Below are positions 41,736 through 51,045 of a stretch of 55,703 bases of DNA, piece by piece. A program made the translations under genes and the position numbers. The number at the start of each line of letters is the position of its first letter. Position 1 is the stretch's first letter. A model generated the notes under the pieces. It saw only the letters and a program-made list of their open reading frames with translations. It ran no database searches and was not told the origin of the DNA. Source of the DNA: a virus; IMG/VR virus record IMGVR_UViG_3300009709_000006, positions 1 through 55,703 of that record, one strand, 5' to 3'.

Positions 41736-44324
41736 ATGAAAATCAAACTGATATGCGCTGCGTTGGGGGCGTGCTTCGTCGTGTCCGAAGCGCAGGCTCA
41801 GACTGCTGTAGGCAACCTGCCGAGCCAGGGAACGCCTGCGGCAAGCCAGGTCGTGCCTTGCTCAACGCCTAACGTAACGGGATCGACCAAGGGATGCACG
41901 CTTACCCAGGTCGTCAACACTGGTCTTGGCGTAACGCCTGGCGCGTTCGGCCTTAGCATTCTGGGTGCGTCAACCCAAGGCGGCGCTCAATCTTTGCTGA
42001 ACCTAGGGACAGCCGCTTATCAGCCCACGACGGCGTTCGACGCGGCCGGCGTCGGCACCAACTCCAGCAACCAACTGAGCGGTACGTTGCCCTCGGGGCG
42101 GTTAAGCGGCGCCTATTCCGGCCTAATTCTATCGTCTGGCCAAATCACCGGAGGACTTGGGTATACGCCGCCAACGCCGACCGGGGGCTATGCCACCGGT
42201 ACGTGGGGCATCAGCATCACCGGCAACGCAGCCACGGCGAGCGCATCCCCACTTTCGGGCATCACCGGCGCGGGTACAGGCGTTTTGACGGCGGCTGGCA
42301 ACGCGATCAACACCGCGGGCGGCTTCGCGACGTCGGGCGGGGCATTTAGCATCGCGGCGGCCACTGGGCTCACATCCTCTCAAATAAATACCGCCCTATC
42401 GGGTCAAACTCTTGTAGTACCCTATCTCGATTCGACAATTGCAACTCTTGGTTCGAACACCTCAACGGGGGGCATTAATGTAAATGGACCTGCTGGATCA
42501 AACCGCGTTTTGTTTTCTGAAAGTGCAGGCGTTCAAAGGTGGGGCATATTCCTCGCAGAAGGAAACGCGGAAACGGGATCAAACGCCGGGTCTGATTTTA
42601 GTGTTATATCCTATACCGATGCTGGCGCTTATCTAGCTACTGTTTTTCAGTGTGTTAGGTCAACTGGAGTGTGCCAGTTTTCTCAAACCCCTACCGTCAA
42701 CGGCGTACCGCTCGCGACCGGCGGCGGCACTACAACCTCTTATTCGGCAGGTGCGAATTTACTTTTAACTGGGACGGTTTTTTCTTTGGCGAGCGCTCCT
42801 ACCGTAAATACTGCGGCCACGGGTACAAACACTACGCAAGCGGCCTCTACAGCTTTTGTGCAAGCACAACTTTCAAGCAGCCTTTCGGCATATGCGTCCC
42901 TTTCTGGGGCGGCGTTTACGGGGCCTGTTTCGAGTACAAGCGCGTCATTTTCAGATGGAACAAACCCACTAAATTTCTCGGGCCTCACGACAGGAGACAC
43001 GATTTACTGGCATGGTTCGGGCGGCAGTGGTGATAATGTTGTGTCTATTATTAAGGCGGGTACTGGAAATTATGCTTGGGTTTTTCCAGGCTCAATTAGT
43101 GGTACGACACTTCAGCTTAGCGGCAATCTATCTGTAGCGGGATCAAGTAATTACACGGGCACGAGCAATTACACGGGCACGAGCAATTACACGGGCTCGA
43201 CCAATACTCAAGCCTGCAACGGTTCATACGCCAACTTCTGCGGAGCTTACTCCACCACAGCAAACGGCCAATCTCAGCAATATGGAATGTTTGTTCAATT
43301 AAATGTAAATCCGAATACACAAGGTGGAACATATGAAGGAGTAGCAGGTCAATTTTCTAGCTATTGCTTTTCTGGAGCGCCCGAATGCTGGGGCTTGGTT
43401 GGAACCGCGACGTTCGGGAGCGGCTCATACGGCGGCTACGCCTTAGAGCTCGATATTGCTAACAGCGTCTGTAATCCAGGCGTTCCCTATTTAGGCGCGC
43501 CAAGCTCCCAGGGTTGCCCTATGCAAGCCGCGAGCGGGTTGCTGATAGATGGCGTCGTGACGTCTGGCACCTATCCTAACCAAGCGGCCATCAATGTGGA
43601 AAACAATGGTCCTTATACGTCCTGGAATGTCGGGCTGCATTTTGGGCAAAACGGGTCAGCTTCTCAGCCAGGTATCGCCGTGGCGACGATTGATGATCAC
43701 ACCTCATCCCCGACGGTATTCCTGATAGGCAATCAACACACCCACTTTTACTCGCCGGATACGACCACAAGCGGACTAACCGCATCCTATACCGGCACGA
43801 TGTGGCACAGCGAGCTGACCGTGGGCGGCTCAGATTTATCAGGCACGATCCTGAGCCTGCAAAACGCCGTAGCGACCTGCCTGCACACGCCCATCACGTC
43901 CTCGGAGACGGTGGCTTGCTCGTCAGACATCATCTGGAAAACCGATATCGCGCCCCCATCGGCCGCGCTGCCTTATTTCCGCAGCATCGTTCTGCACGAC
44001 TACACCATCAAGTCCAACGGCCAGCGCTACTATGACGGCCCCATCGCTCAGGAGCTTGAGGTCTCGCGACCCGAAATGGTGCATGTGGGGCCAGATGGCA
44101 CGCTGCTTGCCGACGAGCCGGCGATATGGCGCGTGGTCGAGGCGATCAAGGAGCTGGACGATGACCATCAGGCCACCGCAGCCCAGATCGCCGCCCTAAA
44201 AGCGCTGAGCCGCAGACAACAATCCCAAATCGCCGCCCTCAGTTCGGGTGCTGCACGAGGGACTGCCGCACCCGCCAACGATAACGGCGTACTCGGCTTC
44301 TTTCGCCGCCTTATCGCTCGCTAG
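41736..44324 (+). CDS. Tail fibre/spike with C-terminal S74 intramolecular-chaperone domain
   Basis: The C-terminus SSDIIWKTDI...HDYTIKSNGQRYYDGPIAQELEVSRPEMV...IWRVVEAIKELD matches the Peptidase_S74 pattern. Confidence 0.75.
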   Translation: MKIKLICAALGACFVVSEAQAQTAVGNLPSQGTPAASQVVPCSTPNVTGSTKGCTLTQVVNTGLGVTPGAFGLSILGASTQGGAQSLLNLGTAAYQPTTAFDAAGVGTNSSNQLSGTLPSGRLSGAYSGLILSSGQITGGLGYTPPTPTGGYATGTWGISITGNAATASASPLSGITGAGTGVLTAAGNAINTAGGFATSGGAFSIAAATGLTSSQINTALSGQTLVVPYLDSTIATLGSNTSTGGINVNGPAGSNRVLFSESAGVQRWGIFLAEGNAETGSNAGSDFSVISYTDAGAYLATVFQCVRSTGVCQFSQTPTVNGVPLATGGGTTTSYSAGANLLLTGTVFSLASAPTVNTAATGTNTTQAASTAFVQAQLSSSLSAYASLSGAAFTGPVSSTSASFSDGTNPLNFSGLTTGDTIYWHGSGGSGDNVVSIIKAGTGNYAWVFPGSISGTTLQLSGNLSVAGSSNYTGTSNYTGTSNYTGSTNTQACNGSYANFCGAYSTTANGQSQQYGMFVQLNVNPNTQGGTYEGVAGQFSSYCFSGAPECWGLVGTATFGSGSYGGYALELDIANSVCNPGVPYLGAPSSQGCPMQAASGLLIDGVVTSGTYPNQAAINVENNGPYTSWNVGLHFGQNGSASQPGIAVATIDDHTSSPTVFLIGNQHTHFYSPDTTTSGLTASYTGTMWHSELTVGGSDLSGTILSLQNAVATCLHTPITSSETVACSSDIIWKTDIAPPSAALPYFRSIVLHDYTIKSNGQRYYDGPIAQELEVSRPEMVHVGPDGTLLADEPAIWRVVEAIKELDDDHQATAAQIAALKALSRRQQSQIAALSSGAARGTAAPANDNGVLGFFRRLIAR
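43146..43199. repeat. 18-bp tandem repeat x3 (SNYTGT hexapeptide) inside the fibre gene
   Basis: agtaattacacgggcacg / agcaattacacgggcacg / agcaattacacgggctcg. Confidence 0.9.
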
Positions 44325-44337
44325 AAAGGAAACGAAG

Positions 44338-44646
44338 ATGGATAAGGATTCTCAGTTTGCCATAGTAGGAGTTGTAATTCTTATTTTGCTATTGGCTGTG
44401 TGGATTTGGTGTTTGTATCAGCAACTGATCTTTTATTATGCTAAAATAAAGCGGCTGCAAACCTGGCCAAGGGATGCCGTGTTAGAAGCTACAAACATTA
44501 TTTTAGATGCAAATATTGATATTGACGAAAAGCGCGCGGCGAGCATTGCCCAGGTCCTCCTTGATGCCGGTTGGCAACCGCCTTTAATTTTACAGATACA
44601 GCACGCGCAAAACGAGGCCGGTCCTCTCACCGAGCCCAACTCTTAG
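44338..44646 (+). CDS. Membrane protein (one N-terminal TM), lower-GC
   Basis: The ATG at 44338 has an AAGGA SD. Sequence FAIVGVVILILLLAVWIWCLY. Confidence 0.55.
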   Translation: MDKDSQFAIVGVVILILLLAVWIWCLYQQLIFYYAKIKRLQTWPRDAVLEATNIILDANIDIDEKRAASIAQVLLDAGWQPPLILQIQHAQNEAGPLTEPNS

Positions 44647-44714
44647 GCGATTGACGACCGCCTTCAGCCGTCAAGCCATAACGCAACCTCCTCACCGTAA
44701 AAGGAAACCGCCCC

Positions 44715-45140
44715 GTGATCTTCGCTCTTATCGCCGCAGCGCTTGTGGCGCTTCCCTCCCCGTCGGTTAAAGGGCGGCCCACGATAGCGCTTATGGCATT
44801 CCCATCCGTCTCGTTTGAAGGCCTGCCCGCGGTGGCCAAGCCTAAAGACGCCATGATTGTAGATTACGGCGGTTTCCATACTTCGGACCTAAAAGTTGGG
44901 TTATATTTCTATATGTTAGAAGACGGTCGCTCGAACTCGTCACCACTCGGATCGATAATAATAAAGCCAGACCCCAGCGGCAAAAACCACGCGGAACACG
45001 ACGTCGTCATCGACGTCCATGGCAAATACGCGGGCTGTTTTTGGGAACTGGTAGCCCCGATCAGCAAAGAGCACATTTGCGCGCTCTGGTACGATGGCGA
45101 AACCGAGACGCCACCTGCGCACGCAGCCGCCAAGCCTTAA
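44715..45140 (+). CDS. Secreted hypothetical protein
   Basis: ORF track. GTG start. N-terminal signal-like sequence IFALIAAALVALPSPS. Confidence 0.5.
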   Translation: MIFALIAAALVALPSPSVKGRPTIALMAFPSVSFEGLPAVAKPKDAMIVDYGGFHTSDLKVGLYFYMLEDGRSNSSPLGSIIIKPDPSGKNHAEHDVVIDVHGKYAGCFWELVAPISKEHICALWYDGETETPPAHAAAKP

Positions 45141-45173
45141 TGCACAAACCCTGACCTTAAAAGGAATGCCGCC

Positions 45174-45461
<288 letters not shown>

Positions 45462-45543
45462 GGCGCGCTCATAAGCGCTAGCCCATTCGCGCGGCCCGCA
45501 GCATTTTCTGCGGCATTTTCAGATGCCTTAATAGGAGCATTAG

Positions 45544-45696
45544 ATGTCTCAAATTCCGCAGAATGCTTATGCCTTGGTTTTGATTGGGCTCGGTGTGTTT
45601 GCCTGCGCTCTCAAAATGCCAGATTGGATTTGCCACGATTTGATCGGCGCGGGGCTGTTGACATTCAATACCCAAACAAAATCGGCGATGCCGTGA
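45544..45696 (+). CDS. Holin candidate, 50 aa, two hydrophobic segments (below ORF-track cutoff)
   Basis: My translation is MSQIPQNAYALVLIGLGVFACALKMPDWICHDLIGAGLLTFNTQTKSAMP. An AGGAG SD lies 6 nt upstream. It lies upstream of the endolysin. Confidence 0.45.
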   Translation: MSQIPQNAYALVLIGLGVFACALKMPDWICHDLIGAGLLTFNTQTKSAMP

Positions 45697-45767
45697 CATC
45701 GGTCAAAATCAAGTCATTAATTCAGAATGACGCCAGACGGCGAACTGTAAAGCGTAAGGGGCCGTCT

Positions 45768-46223
45768 ATGGTCGCCACAAAATTACCAGATAATCCAAAC
45801 CCATCCAATGCCGATATCATGGCCGTTCTTCGTGAAACTCATCGATGTGTAGATGAGGCGCGAAATGAAATGAAAGTCGTAGCGGAGACTGTCAAAACCC
45901 TTGCGGAGACTGTTAAAGATGATCGCATAGCCGCAGCAGCGGCGGTCGATGCGGCAGAAAGCCTTGTCCACAAAATTGATAAGGCGGCCGGCGAGCGGAT
46001 GGCAATTATCGAAACAACGCTCAAGGCTATAAGCGGAAGCATGGGAATAAAGCCCACCGAAGATGGGACGATGCAACCGGTAAAGCGGTTCGGATCGCAG
46101 CCGCCTGGCGTAGTGATAGCGCAGATTGTGGGCGCAAGCGGCGGAGCTATGCTCCTAGTCAAAGCGGTGGGACCGCCGTTTATGAATTTCATTCAAGCAG
46201 TTTGGACGGCGATCGTACACTAG
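45768..46223 (+). CDS. Coiled-coil protein with C-terminal TM (lysis-cassette associated)
   Basis: The internal ATG at 45768 has an AAGGGG SD. C-terminus VVIAQIVGASGGAMLLVKAV. Confidence 0.5.
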   Translation: MVATKLPDNPNPSNADIMAVLRETHRCVDEARNEMKVVAETVKTLAETVKDDRIAAAAAVDAAESLVHKIDKAAGERMAIIETTLKAISGSMGIKPTEDGTMQPVKRFGSQPPGVVIAQIVGASGGAMLLVKAVGPPFMNFIQAVWTAIVH

Positions 46224-46403
46224 CGTGCGCCTGTTTGGGCGCCGCGCCGACCTCGCAAGGAAGCCCTGATACGCGGCGCCCCTTCAGGCGATCAACTCTG
46301 AAGCCCTTTCGGGTTTTAAATCCGCGAACCAAGTGTGCGCGCCGAGACGAGCCATCGCGGGCGATTTTTATACCCGCAAAACCCACCAAAAGCCAGGAGA
46401 TCA

Positions 46404-46871
46404 ATGATGACGACTCCTTATGTCGCCCAAGACATCGGTCATGACGAGGGCGGTTTCAGGTCTGAAGCCTATCCAGATCCCGACACGGGCGCCGCGCCCT
46501 GGACCGTAGGTTTTGGCGAGACCGGACCCAGCATCGGGCCTGACACCACGATGACGCTTGATCAGGCGACCAATTTCCTGAACGCTCAAGTTCAGCAGAT
46601 CGAACATCAGCTCGACCTCGCGATTCCCTGGTGGCGCCAGATGAACGACGCCCGCCAGGATGTCTTTGTCAACATGGCCTACAATCTGGGCGTCCACGGC
46701 CTTCTCGAATGGCCGCTATTCCTCAACGCCTGCAAGGCCGGGGATTGGAATCTCGCCGAAGTCGACATGATCGGCACGCCAGGCAAGCCCGACAAGTGGG
46801 AGCGCCAGGTCAAGACCCGCGGCACGCGGCTGGCTAAACAGCTCGTGAGCGGCGTGCGGGTCGCGCCATGA
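46404..46871 (+). CDS. Endolysin, glycoside hydrolase family 24 (T4/lambda-type lysozyme)
   Basis: AGGAG SD. HDEGGFRSEAYPDPDTGAAPWTVGFGET...RQDVFVNMAYNLG. Confidence 0.8.
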   Translation: MMTTPYVAQDIGHDEGGFRSEAYPDPDTGAAPWTVGFGETGPSIGPDTTMTLDQATNFLNAQVQQIEHQLDLAIPWWRQMNDARQDVFVNMAYNLGVHGLLEWPLFLNACKAGDWNLAEVDMIGTPGKPDKWERQVKTRGTRLAKQLVSGVRVAP

Positions 46872-47221
46872 GGCTGACCGATCTTGACCCCCGCTGGCTG
46901 ATCAAAGACGGACGCCGCGTCGGCTTTATCTTTAGATCGCCAACGAGACCAAGCGAATGGCAGTCGTGCTTTCAACGCCCAACACCATCACAAGAGACGC
47001 AAGCCAAGTTAATCTCTGACGCGCTAGTTTATGCGCAGGAAGATGAATGGGATTGGCCACAGAACGCTCAGGGGTGCGATCCCAACGCTCATTGGGATGT
47101 TACGCCAGACCTCGCCCTCGCCGACTGGAACAATATCAGTGTCGTCCCCTCTTTGGATGGCTCGCGCGGCGGAAACTGGCATGGCTTCATCACCAATGGA
47201 GCGATCGTTGGCGGCCTCTGA
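46868..47221 (+). CDS. Hypothetical protein
   Basis: ORF track. ATGA overlap with the endolysin. Confidence 0.5.
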   Translation: MRLTDLDPRWLIKDGRRVGFIFRSPTRPSEWQSCFQRPTPSQETQAKLISDALVYAQEDEWDWPQNAQGCDPNAHWDVTPDLALADWNNISVVPSLDGSRGGNWHGFITNGAIVGGL

Positions 47222-47249
47222 TGATGGGCGCTGGCGACCCCCGCCTGAA

Positions 47250-47600
47250 ATGGTCGGCGAGGTCCGCCACTTGTCGCTGCGCATCGTTCAAATCGTTCGG
47301 CCGGTCGCCCGAGCTTTGGGCTACGCCATAGCGGTCCACGGCTCTTTAGAGCGAGATTTAGATCTGGTCGCCATCCCCTGGACGGACGAGGCCGTAGACG
47401 CGCTCGACCTGGTCAAGGCCGTTCAAGCCGAAATAACAGCCCATATCGGTGAGTGCTATCGGAGCTGCGATGAGCAGGTCGATCACAAGCCGCATGGCCG
47501 TTTAGCTTGGTGGCTGCACTTTCAAAATGCTGTTTCGACATGCAACGGCGCCTATCCATTCGTAGACCTTTCAGTGATGCCGCGCCGTGACGCCGGCTGA
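47250..47600 (+). CDS. Hypothetical protein (start 47196 or 47250)
   Basis: ORF track 47031-47600, trimmed to the first ATG after the upstream stop. Confidence 0.45.
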   Translation: MVGEVRHLSLRIVQIVRPVARALGYAIAVHGSLERDLDLVAIPWTDEAVDALDLVKAVQAEITAHIGECYRSCDEQVDHKPHGRLAWWLHFQNAVSTCNGAYPFVDLSVMPRRDAG

Positions 47601-48270
47601 AATTCAACTCGCTTTTGGCGGTTCGGTGGCGCTCGCGTTTGTGGGCGCAGCCATCGCGCAGTGCGCCACACGAAAGGAAGCGTCGCTAAGGCCCGCTCCA
47701 ACCGCGCCTTGGGATCACACCGCCCTAGATGCTCTCGGGCCTCCTGAACCTTCCCTCGCAATCCCAACACCTTCCCCGGCGTCGCCCCCGCCGGCAGAGG
47801 TTTCCTCAATCGGGGCAAATAAGGCTATCACCATGTCCTGGTTTTCCAACGCCAAGAATGCGTTTCTCTCCATGGTCGAAGGCAAGTCCGCCTCCACCAA
47901 CATCATCGACAATCCTACCACGCCGCTTGAAATGACAGTCAACGCCGCGGCTTCCGTTCTGCTTCCCGCAGCAGCGGCGCTTACGCCTAACTCCGTCGCG
48001 GTTCCCATGGAAGCGCTGAACGCTGTCGCCCAAGACCTGACGCATCCTGCCAGCGCGTCGCCGGCCGTGGTGGCGACCCAACTTGGCGCCAGCGCCAAGA
48101 CCAGCGTGCAGAACTTCCTTACCTCTGAAATCGGCGCTGGCAATACGCAGCTCGCAGACGCAGGTTTGCAAGCCTTGGCCACGTTCGCGATTTCGGCGAT
48201 GTCGTCGAGTTCAAACAAGACCGAGCAGCAAATCGCTATCGCTCTTGATGGGTTCACTGCCGCGCTCTAA
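47587..48270 (+). CDS. Hypothetical protein with N-terminal hydrophobic segment; last gene before attP
   Basis: ORF track. GTG start. Confidence 0.5.
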   Translation: MTPAEIQLAFGGSVALAFVGAAIAQCATRKEASLRPAPTAPWDHTALDALGPPEPSLAIPTPSPASPPPAEVSSIGANKAITMSWFSNAKNAFLSMVEGKSASTNIIDNPTTPLEMTVNAAASVLLPAAAALTPNSVAVPMEALNAVAQDLTHPASASPAVVATQLGASAKTSVQNFLTSEIGAGNTQLADAGLQALATFAISAMSSSSNKTEQQIAIALDGFTAAL

Positions 48271-48299
48271 CCGCATTGTTCTAGCATCGCACTTACATT

Positions 48300-48339
48300 G
48301 CCCCGCTCGGCTTCGGCTGGGCGGGGCTTTTGGCGTTTT
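48300..48339 (+). terminator. Rho-independent terminator of the late operon
   Basis: GCCCCGC (48300-48306) pairs with GCGGGGC (48321-48327), followed by TTTTGGCGTTTT. Confidence 0.65.
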
Positions 48340-48352
48340 CAGGGGGCATAGA

Positions 48353-48559
48353 CCGTCCAACTCAACCTCAAACACCCTGTAAAAAGTGGGGTGAATATAG
48401 CCGGAACAGTTGGACGACACCCTTAAAATTCAATGCTAAACGTCAGATTTACACCGAGAGGGTCGGGGGTTCGAATCCCTCGCCGCCCACCAGATTCTAA
48501 AGGACTTTTTAGCTTTCGTGGCCAAAGCCGTCCAACTTTCTACCGGGAACCGTCCAACT
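48353..48559. other. attP region: tRNA-derived core flanked by arm-type repeats CCGTCCAACT
   Basis: CCGTCCAACT occurs at 48353-48362, 48528-48537 and 48550-48559, and inverted (AGTTGGACG) at 48408-48416. It lies next to the integrase. Confidence 0.6.
48461..48492 (+). other. 3' fragment of a tRNA gene (T arm + acceptor 3' strand + CCA), no 5' half present
   Basis: GGGGG-TTCGAAT-CCCTC-GCCGCCC-A-CCA. The matching 5' acceptor GGGCGGC, the D arm and the anticodon arm are absent upstream. Confidence 0.7.
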
Positions 48560-48580
48560 TCTGTTCGTGCACGGTTCCAT

Positions 48581-49744
48581 TCACGCCTTGATGAGTCCCC
48601 GCTTGATCTGCGCGTTTCGAGCGACTTGGCTGTCGCGTGGAAGGTACTTTTCCAGAATGTTCGTGGCGGAGCGCAAACTGTGTCCAGTGATCGCGGCGAT
48701 CTCTGGTATTTCGCAGCCAGCGCGTGCGAGCTGGACGACGCAGCTATGTCTCAGCCACCGCATCAAGAGTCCCTTTCTGGCCCCGTCCCTTTCGGCCTGA
48801 TCACGAACTTCGCTGAACACATGGCTAAGCCGATCTGAGGTATAGGCCTTACCTGTCACCTCATCCCGAAACAGAAAGAGCGCGCCATCGCCAGATGCGT
48901 TCAGGAGATCCCTCAGATTGTCTGAGACGGGCAACGTGACGTAGGCATTGGTCTTCTGTTGGCGAAACCGAAACATCCCCTCAGCGGGCAGATATTCGGC
49001 GCCAGGCCTAAATGATCTAACGTCGCCGAGCCGTTGGCCGATTTCCCATTCAAGCAGAATCATGAGCGCGATTGAGGGACGCCCCATGTCGCGCGCGACG
49101 GTGACGAAAGCGTCTATATCGGATTGCTCCCACACGCCGGCCATGGACTTTGGGACGTAGATTTTGATCCCCTCGCAGGGATTGTCCTGGCGCCATTTCT
49201 TTTCTATGGCCCGTTGCATGATCTGGCGCAGCGCGTCATAGGTTGAGCGCTTCGTTTGCGGCTTGTCGTTATAGAGCGCGAGAAAGGCCTTAACGCGGTC
49301 CGTGGTGATGCTGGTCGGGTCTGGGTGGTGGTTCGCTTCTGACCAGGCGAGAATGGCGTTGATGCTGGTGGTGTAGTTGCTCTGGGTCTTGGCGCTAAGG
49401 TGCCCCCAATCGCTCTGCCAAGCCCGCACAAGGGCTTTTAGCGTGCGCCCAGTCTCCTGCGTCGGTTTTCCAGATCGCCGCTCCTGAAGCTCCTTATAAA
49501 GTGCAGCGGCGTCACGTTGGATTTCGGCGACCTCGCGCGCGTCGGTTAAGTCGCCCCGTCGCTTACCTTGGCGGGGAAGCGGGATTGCTGGAGACCAATC
49601 GGACGGCCGGAGCCTTTCGGGAACCTGAAACAGAACCCGATGCGTTCCGTCCCTTCGCGGCTTTAGGACGACGTAGCGCCCGAGTTCGAGCTTCACGGAT
49701 GGCATCGGGATCGACGGCCCACGGATCTGCGTTAAGATTTTCAT
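48581..49744 (-). CDS. int: Tyrosine integrase
   Basis: The C-terminal catalytic region has MRWLRHSCVVQLARAGCEIPEIAAITGHSLRSATNILEKYL (R...HxxR...Y). It is adjacent to attP. Confidence 0.9.
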   Translation of the reverse strand: MKILTQIRGPSIPMPSVKLELGRYVVLKPRRDGTHRVLFQVPERLRPSDWSPAIPLPRQGKRRGDLTDAREVAEIQRDAAALYKELQERRSGKPTQETGRTLKALVRAWQSDWGHLSAKTQSNYTTSINAILAWSEANHHPDPTSITTDRVKAFLALYNDKPQTKRSTYDALRQIMQRAIEKKWRQDNPCEGIKIYVPKSMAGVWEQSDIDAFVTVARDMGRPSIALMILLEWEIGQRLGDVRSFRPGAEYLPAEGMFRFRQQKTNAYVTLPVSDNLRDLLNASGDGALFLFRDEVTGKAYTSDRLSHVFSEVRDQAERDGARKGLLMRWLRHSCVVQLARAGCEIPEIAAITGHSLRSATNILEKYLPRDSQVARNAQIKRGLIKA

Positions 49745-49940
49745 CGTGCGTCATCCCCAGGGCTTTGAGAACCGCGTCGCGGTCGTAAAGTGCGCCTGAT
49801 CCACAGCGATCTATCGGCCGGGGCATTTTGCCCTCCGAAATTCGCTTCGTGAGCGTTGCTGAGCCATAGCGGGCGAGTTCCAACACCTCGCCTTTGGTCA
49901 GGCGCGGCGGCAGCGCCTCCAGTTCTCTAGCGGCCCCCAT
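49563..49940 (-). CDS. xis: Excisionase/AlpA-like HTH protein
   Basis: LTKGEVLELARYGSATLTKRISEGKMPRPID. The ATG at 49940 overlaps the upstream stop (TAATG). The 3' end overlaps the int start by ~140-180 nt. Confidence 0.55.
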   Translation of the reverse strand: MGAARELEALPPRLTKGEVLELARYGSATLTKRISEGKMPRPIDRCGSGALYDRDAVLKALGMTHDENLNADPWAVDPDAIREARTRALRRPKAAKGRNASGSVSGSRKAPAVRLVSSNPASPPR

Positions 49941-50545
49941 TACGCATCTCCCTCTGACCAACCGTCGGGATTCAGTTCAGGGCGTTTCCAGCCAGGGATA
50001 AGGCCGTCGCCGCCAATCTTGAATATGATGTAGTCGCCATAGCCATTCGTTCCGACTGCCAAAAAGCGAGGAACGTAGCCTTCCTTCATCGCTAAACGCT
50101 TGCGGTTGGCGTTCAAAAGCCAGTAGAAGCCATCATCGCAAACCTTGTAGTGAACATCCGCTTCAAGTCCGGTTGGCCAGTCGAGCACTCTGCCCGTTTC
50201 AAGCTCTATCGTCGGGCACCAATCTTCGCCTTGGCGGAGAGGCATTTTCCCATCATCGTCTTGGACGCCATTAAGCGTTCCGTCTTCCCAATAGCGGACG
50301 CCAGCGTGAACCTCTATGAATCGAGCTTGATCAAGATTGTTCACGGGGTACGGCGTCACCACACGGTAGGCGATGATGTCGTATCTACTTTGATTGCTCA
50401 AACGACCCCAAAAAAACATTTCGGCACTGCCTGTCTTAATGCTGCCGTCGCGGCATTTTATTTCGACCTGTTGGTAAGCTTTAACGGGGCGTTCGCCGCC
50501 GCTCCATGTGATCCACTCGGGCTGTTCAGGGTTAAACTGGATCAT
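49940..50545 (-). CDS. Hypothetical protein, 201 aa
   Basis: The ATG at 50545 has a GGAGGG SD and an ATGA overlap with the DUF1643-like stop. Confidence 0.55.
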   Translation of the reverse strand: MIQFNPEQPEWITWSGGERPVKAYQQVEIKCRDGSIKTGSAEMFFWGRLSNQSRYDIIAYRVVTPYPVNNLDQARFIEVHAGVRYWEDGTLNGVQDDDGKMPLRQGEDWCPTIELETGRVLDWPTGLEADVHYKVCDDGFYWLLNANRKRLAMKEGYVPRFLAVGTNGYGDYIIFKIGGDGLIPGWKRPELNPDGWSEGDA

Positions 50546-51042
50546 ACCGGCACCCTCCATTCTGTTATCGGCGTATCGTATGAGAGCATAAGCGGGTGGC
50601 GCGGCTGCCCATCGTTCGCCACGCCTAAACACATCAGCGGCCGGCCAATTTGGCGGCAAAGACCCGCGACCTTGATCCACCGGCGCCGCAACGGTTTTGG
50701 CAGTTTGGCGAGCGGCCCCCAGGCTGCAATGACAGTGGGGGCGCACGCAATGATCTCAGCAAGGTGCGCGTCGTTGTCGGGGCCGATGGGGTCGCGCGCC
50801 GCTTTCAGGTCGCGGACATCGGTCGCCCGAAACGCAAATTTGTTGCCGACAATCGCCCATCCAGCACCTAGGCGGTTGCTAAAGCCAATCACCTTGCGGA
50901 TTGTGGCGTCGTCCATCTGGTCGTTGGCCGTGGACGGGTTGACCATGATCCAAGCAATAGCTCCTGATCCGGCCAAATCGTGGCGCTCAAGGCGATAGCG
51001 ATAGGTTCCGCAGGGAGATATGACGGCGCTTCCGTTTCCCAC
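50542..51042 (-). CDS. DUF1643-family protein
   Basis: CGTYRYRLER...IAWIMVNPSTANDQMDDATIRKVIGFS...AWGPLA...GQPRHPL matches my recollection of DUF1643. Confidence 0.6.
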   Translation of the reverse strand: MGNGSAVISPCGTYRYRLERHDLAGSGAIAWIMVNPSTANDQMDDATIRKVIGFSNRLGAGWAIVGNKFAFRATDVRDLKAARDPIGPDNDAHLAEIIACAPTVIAAWGPLAKLPKPLRRRWIKVAGLCRQIGRPLMCLGVANDGQPRHPLMLSYDTPITEWRVPV

Positions 51043-51045
51043 GGC

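Noticed and set aside
41736-44324. Diversity-generating retroelement acting on the fibre
   Set aside because: There is no reverse transcriptase gene, and I found no template/variable repeat pair near the fibre C-terminus.
45478-45699. 73-aa minus-strand ORF
   Set aside because: The plus strand carries a 50-aa ORF with an AGGAG SD and holin-like hydrophobicity in the lysis cassette. The minus product looks random.
50150-50998. 282-aa plus-strand ORF
   Set aside because: It is antisense to the DUF1643-like gene and its coupled partner, with no start context.
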